Of a stretch of 31,287 nt of DNA, positions 28,065 through 31,287 are shown piece by piece. The notes below the pieces were generated by a model that was not told the DNA's origin, ran no database searches, and was given only the letters and a program-made list of their open reading frames with translations. The stretch covers positions 1 to 31,287 of the forward strand of contig CAWEXU010000020.1 of assembly GCA_963813075.1 (NCBI GenBank), written 5' to 3'. Position numbers and translations under genes: made by a program. How positions within the stretch are numbered: the stretch's first letter is position 1; each line of letters starts with the position of its first letter. This DNA is from Methanotrichaceae archaeon. GTDB taxonomy: Archaea; Halobacteriota; Methanosarcinia; Methanotrichales; Methanotrichaceae.

Positions 28065-28400
28065 TTGACAGAAAAAGAGAACGATAAGGCTGCGCCCAGG
28101 GTCGAGAAGCTGGAGGACCTGGTGGCATATCAGGACGGCTCTGTAGTTAGCCGGGAGATTATCCGCAAGAGCACGGGGACTGTGACCATCTTCGCCTTTG
28201 ACCGGGGCCAGGGGTTGAGCGAGCACACTGCACCCTTTGATGCCCTGGTGAATGTCGTCGATGGAGAGGTGGAGATCACCATCTCCAGCAAACCGTATCA
28301 ACTGGGTCGGGGTGACTGCATAATCCTGCCCGCTGGCGAGCCTCATTCCCTCAAGGCGACCAGCAGATTCAAGATGATGCTGGTTATGATCAGATCCTGA
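28065..28400 (+). CDS. Cupin domain protein
   Basis: YQDGSVVSR, FAFDRGQGLSEHTAPFDA, GE.EI, LPAGEPHSL; TTG start after GGAGG. Confidence 0.9.
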   Translation: MTEKENDKAAPRVEKLEDLVAYQDGSVVSREIIRKSTGTVTIFAFDRGQGLSEHTAPFDALVNVVDGEVEITISSKPYQLGRGDCIILPAGEPHSLKATSRFKMMLVMIRS

Positions 28401-28425
28401 AAAAGTCGTTGACAAAGGTAATGTG

Positions 28426-29169
28426 ATGAGCCTCAAGGTCACTCTTCTGGGCACGGGTGTCGGCATACCCCAGCCTGGCCGCTCCCAGGCAGCGATATTG
28501 ATGGAAAACGACCTGCCCCTGCTCTTCGACTGCGGTGCGGGCACCCTCCTGCGTCTGGATCAGATGGGAGCCAGTCTGGAGGCGATCGACACCGTGGTGC
28601 TCAGCCATCTTCACTTAGACCATGTGCACGATCTTCTCGCCCTGGCCAATGGACGCTACCTATCCGACCTCTCCGGGCTGACGATTTACGGTCCCTCAGG
28701 AACGCGAGAATGGTTCGAACTCCTCCTTTCCGCTTACCCAAACCTGGAGAAGATGGAGTTTGAGGTGCAGGAGTTGAGGCCCATGGACTCATTCTCCCTC
28801 AAGGGCTTTGACATCTTCGCCGAGGAGGCGCGCCACAGCGTTACCGCTCTCGCTTATCGACTGGAGGGGGAAGACAAGGTGATCGTCTACTCCGGAGACA
28901 CCGAGCCCTCGGCCCGGGTGGCAGCTCTTGCCGATGGCTCCGATCTGCTGATTCACGAGTGCTCATTTCCCGAGCCCTTTGATGTCACCAACCATACCAC
29001 CCCCCTGAAGCTGGGCCATGTGCTTCGCAATCAGGATCTGAAAAGGGTGGTCCTCACCCACCTTTATCCCCAGGCGGAGGGTCATGAGGACGAGATGGCC
29101 CAGCAGGTGATAGAGCTCTCCGGAGCGCCAACCATCGTGGGCTGGGATATGATGATCATGGAGATCTGA
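28426..29169 (+). CDS. MBL-fold metallo-hydrolase (RNase Z-like)
   Basis: LLGTG, FDCGAG, SHLHLDH, YSGDT, LIHECSF, HTTP, LTHLYP. Confidence 0.9.
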   Translation: MSLKVTLLGTGVGIPQPGRSQAAILMENDLPLLFDCGAGTLLRLDQMGASLEAIDTVVLSHLHLDHVHDLLALANGRYLSDLSGLTIYGPSGTREWFELLLSAYPNLEKMEFEVQELRPMDSFSLKGFDIFAEEARHSVTALAYRLEGEDKVIVYSGDTEPSARVAALADGSDLLIHECSFPEPFDVTNHTTPLKLGHVLRNQDLKRVVLTHLYPQAEGHEDEMAQQVIELSGAPTIVGWDMMIMEI

Positions 29170-29201
29170 TCGAAATGGAGATCTGATGGAATGGAGATCC
29201 A

Positions 29202-29885
29202 ATGATAAAGGCGATAGCCGTTGATATTGACGGCACCCTGACCGATATGAACCGGGTGCTCTGTCCGGCAGCCCTGGTAGCCATGAGAAGGCTGAAGGTG
29301 CCGGTGATCTTGAGCACAGGTAACACCCATTGCTTTTCGAGAACGGTATCCGTTCTCCTGGGCACTCCCAGGATATTCATAGCCGAGAACGGAGGAGTTC
29401 TATCCTACTCGGAGGAGGAGATGGAGATCCTGGCCGATCAGCAGGTCTGCGAGGATGCTTTTTTAAGGCTGTCAGAGGAGTTTGCCCTGAAAAAGTACGA
29501 CTCCTCCCGGCACAAGTACCGGTTCACCGATGTCATCCTGGAGAGGGACTTCGACCTGGAGGCCCTGACGAGAAGGGCGGAGGAGCTTGGCCTGCCGGTG
29601 GATATCGTCGATACCGCCTTTGCGGTTCACATCAAGGATCGAAGCGTGAACAAGGGGACCGGCCTGAAAAAAATTGCCGAGCACATGAATTTGGACCCGG
29701 CAGAGTTCGCGGCCATCGGAGACAGCATGAGCGACCGGCCGATGTTCGAGCGGGCGGGCTTTCGGGCCTCCGTGGGAAATGCCAGCCCGGAGCTTATGGA
29801 GGTCTCCGAGTACGTGGCCAAAAAGGACTTCGGCGAGGGTTTCGCCGAGATTGTGGAGCATATGATTAAAGAGAAGATGCTCTGA
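29202..29885 (+). CDS. Archaeal phosphoglycolate phosphatase (Cof-type HAD)
   Basis: DIDGTLTD, LSTGN, IAENGG, VNKGTGL, IGDSMSD, VGNA. Confidence 0.88.
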   Translation: MIKAIAVDIDGTLTDMNRVLCPAALVAMRRLKVPVILSTGNTHCFSRTVSVLLGTPRIFIAENGGVLSYSEEEMEILADQQVCEDAFLRLSEEFALKKYDSSRHKYRFTDVILERDFDLEALTRRAEELGLPVDIVDTAFAVHIKDRSVNKGTGLKKIAEHMNLDPAEFAAIGDSMSDRPMFERAGFRASVGNASPELMEVSEYVAKKDFGEGFAEIVEHMIKEKML

Positions 29886-29901
29886 GAAAGCCTTTAACCG
29901 G

Positions 29902-30576
29902 TTAGCCATCCTGATCGGGCAGATTTTTCCCGGACGGCTCCATCCCGGCCAGGATCCTGGCCCAGTTGTTCTCGCAGATGATCCACCACCCAATTGTCTC
30001 CTTGGCAAATAGACGGGCGGCAGGGCAGAAGGCGTCCACCGCCAGATTGTAGGGGAGCTGAGCTAAAGGGGGATGGAGAGGATACTTGCGGCAGGTGAGG
30101 GGTCGGATCTCATAGATCTTGCATCCTTTCCGGTCATGGTCATAGAACGGGCAGGGTTGCTTGAGCACCCAGACGCCCAGAGCCTTGTCGAATCTGGAGA
30201 GGCTCTTTAGCTTCTTTTTCCCCACCTTGGATGCAATTTTATCGAAATCCTCTTTCTCCAGGATTAGGCCGGCACCGGGAGTGTAGCAGCACAGGCCGCA
30301 CTGCTGGCAGCGGAACCGCTCCCAGAAGAGCTTGACTCCGAGATCCGAGCCCACCCTCTCATCACGGGCGGGCAGGGGGAGAGAGATGTCAAAGGGCACC
30401 TTTTCACCCATATCGATCTGGAGGAACTGCTCATCCTTTTTCAGCACCGACCAGTGAGGCCGGGCTGACAAAAGCTCTCGATGGCGTTCATGCCTTTTCT
30501 CCTCCACGCAGGCACGGCTGCAGAGCTGGTGGCAGAGCCTGCGCACCTGGCCTATCTGATCGCTGGGATCGCTCAT
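29902..30576 (-). CDS. YkgJ-family cysteine-cluster (Fe-S/Zn) protein
   Basis: FRCQQCGLCC, PCPFYD..GCKIYEIRPLTCRKYP, FCPA. Confidence 0.88.
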   Translation of the reverse strand: MSDPSDQIGQVRRLCHQLCSRACVEEKRHERHRELLSARPHWSVLKKDEQFLQIDMGEKVPFDISLPLPARDERVGSDLGVKLFWERFRCQQCGLCCYTPGAGLILEKEDFDKIASKVGKKKLKSLSRFDKALGVWVLKQPCPFYDHDRKGCKIYEIRPLTCRKYPLHPPLAQLPYNLAVDAFCPAARLFAKETIGWWIICENNWARILAGMEPSGKNLPDQDG

Positions 30577-30739
30577 CTTTGATCTTCCAATTCCTTTCTC
30601 CTTTTTCTTCTATTAATACTGACCTGGACAAATACCGACCCGGACACATGCCGTCCTGACACTTTCGCCCCGCGTGGCTTTCATTTATCTTTCTCCGGAA
30701 TGATGGCATTAATTGAGAATTCATAATTTGGTGATATAC

Positions 30740-31204
30740 ATGTCCAAGAATCCAGAAATTTCCAGGCTGGCAAATGAGCTTGCCACCCATCAGGATGCCA
30801 TTCGTTCTGCCAATGAGGATCTGATCAAGCTCTCCCAGAGGTTCGGCAGGATGATGCCCCGGTTGCAGAAGCTCGATTCATCCTCTATACTCAACTGGAT
30901 GGGCCAGTACAATAAGATCAAGGATGCGGCAAGGAAAGCCGACGATGAGCTCTCGGAACTCCTGAATAGCGACGCTGTTCTTGCCAATCCCGTCCTGCAG
31001 CTGCAGGTCGGCTACCATCAGGCCCAGAGGCAGAGGCTCTACGCCAAGATGGAGGTCATGGATGATGTTCTGAACGGCATGATGGAGGACCTCCTGGAGA
31101 ATGGAGAGTTCGAGCAGACACAAAAAGAGGAGATGCGGGTCGCACTGGAAGGCACCATGGAACGGAGTCGCAATCGCTCTGATCCGGTATCGGTCCTGGC
31201 CTGA
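30740..31204 (+). CDS. Hypothetical alpha-helical (coiled-coil) protein
   Basis: ATG after GGTGA, 154 aa amphipathic helical sequence, T7 tract downstream. Confidence 0.75.
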   Translation: MSKNPEISRLANELATHQDAIRSANEDLIKLSQRFGRMMPRLQKLDSSSILNWMGQYNKIKDAARKADDELSELLNSDAVLANPVLQLQVGYHQAQRQRLYAKMEVMDDVLNGMMEDLLENGEFEQTQKEEMRVALEGTMERSRNRSDPVSVLA

Positions 31205-31266
31205 ATGATTCGGGCCGAGTCGATCTTTTTTTATGCAGGACAATGATTAAATGAGGAGGGAGTGAC

Positions 31267-31287
31267 ATGACTTCCAGAAGGAGAACT
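31267..31287 (+). CDS. Possible start of the next gene (partial)
   Basis: GAGGAGGGAG followed by an ATG open to the window edge. Confidence 0.3.

Overview
Archaeal chromosomal segment, most consistent with a Methanothrix (Methanosaeta)-like methanogen. This is inferred from the MC1 chromatin protein, the duplicated-domain euryarchaeal EndA, FmdE, and archaeal ribosomal/RNAP operons. Core content: a partial formate dehydrogenase alpha subunit; trmY and pus10-rpl21e-rpo4-DUF655-rsmA; endA; a divergent type II GAPDH; a CysC-like kinase; MC1; the spt5-rpl11-rpl1-rpl10-rpl12 operon with an L1-binding leader hairpin; trm11; an APH-family kinase; ahcY; and cupin/MBL-hydrolase/phosphoglycolate phosphatase genes. 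An accessory minus-strand block (about 9.4-15.6 kb) holds a membrane-tethered wHTH regulator, two secreted low-complexity proteins, FmdE, a 40-codon probable ATPase relic with its TPR partner, an AhpD/CMD protein and CbiK. At least six genes between 9.6 and 18.9 kb carry small indels, often in homopolymers or repeats, which points to assembly error or local decay. Elements missing from the ORF track: a 55-aa RHH gene, a VapC relic, the ATPase relic, a 119-bp CACAGAG-type palindrome and two tandem repeat arrays. All calls come from reading motifs by eye; no searches were run.
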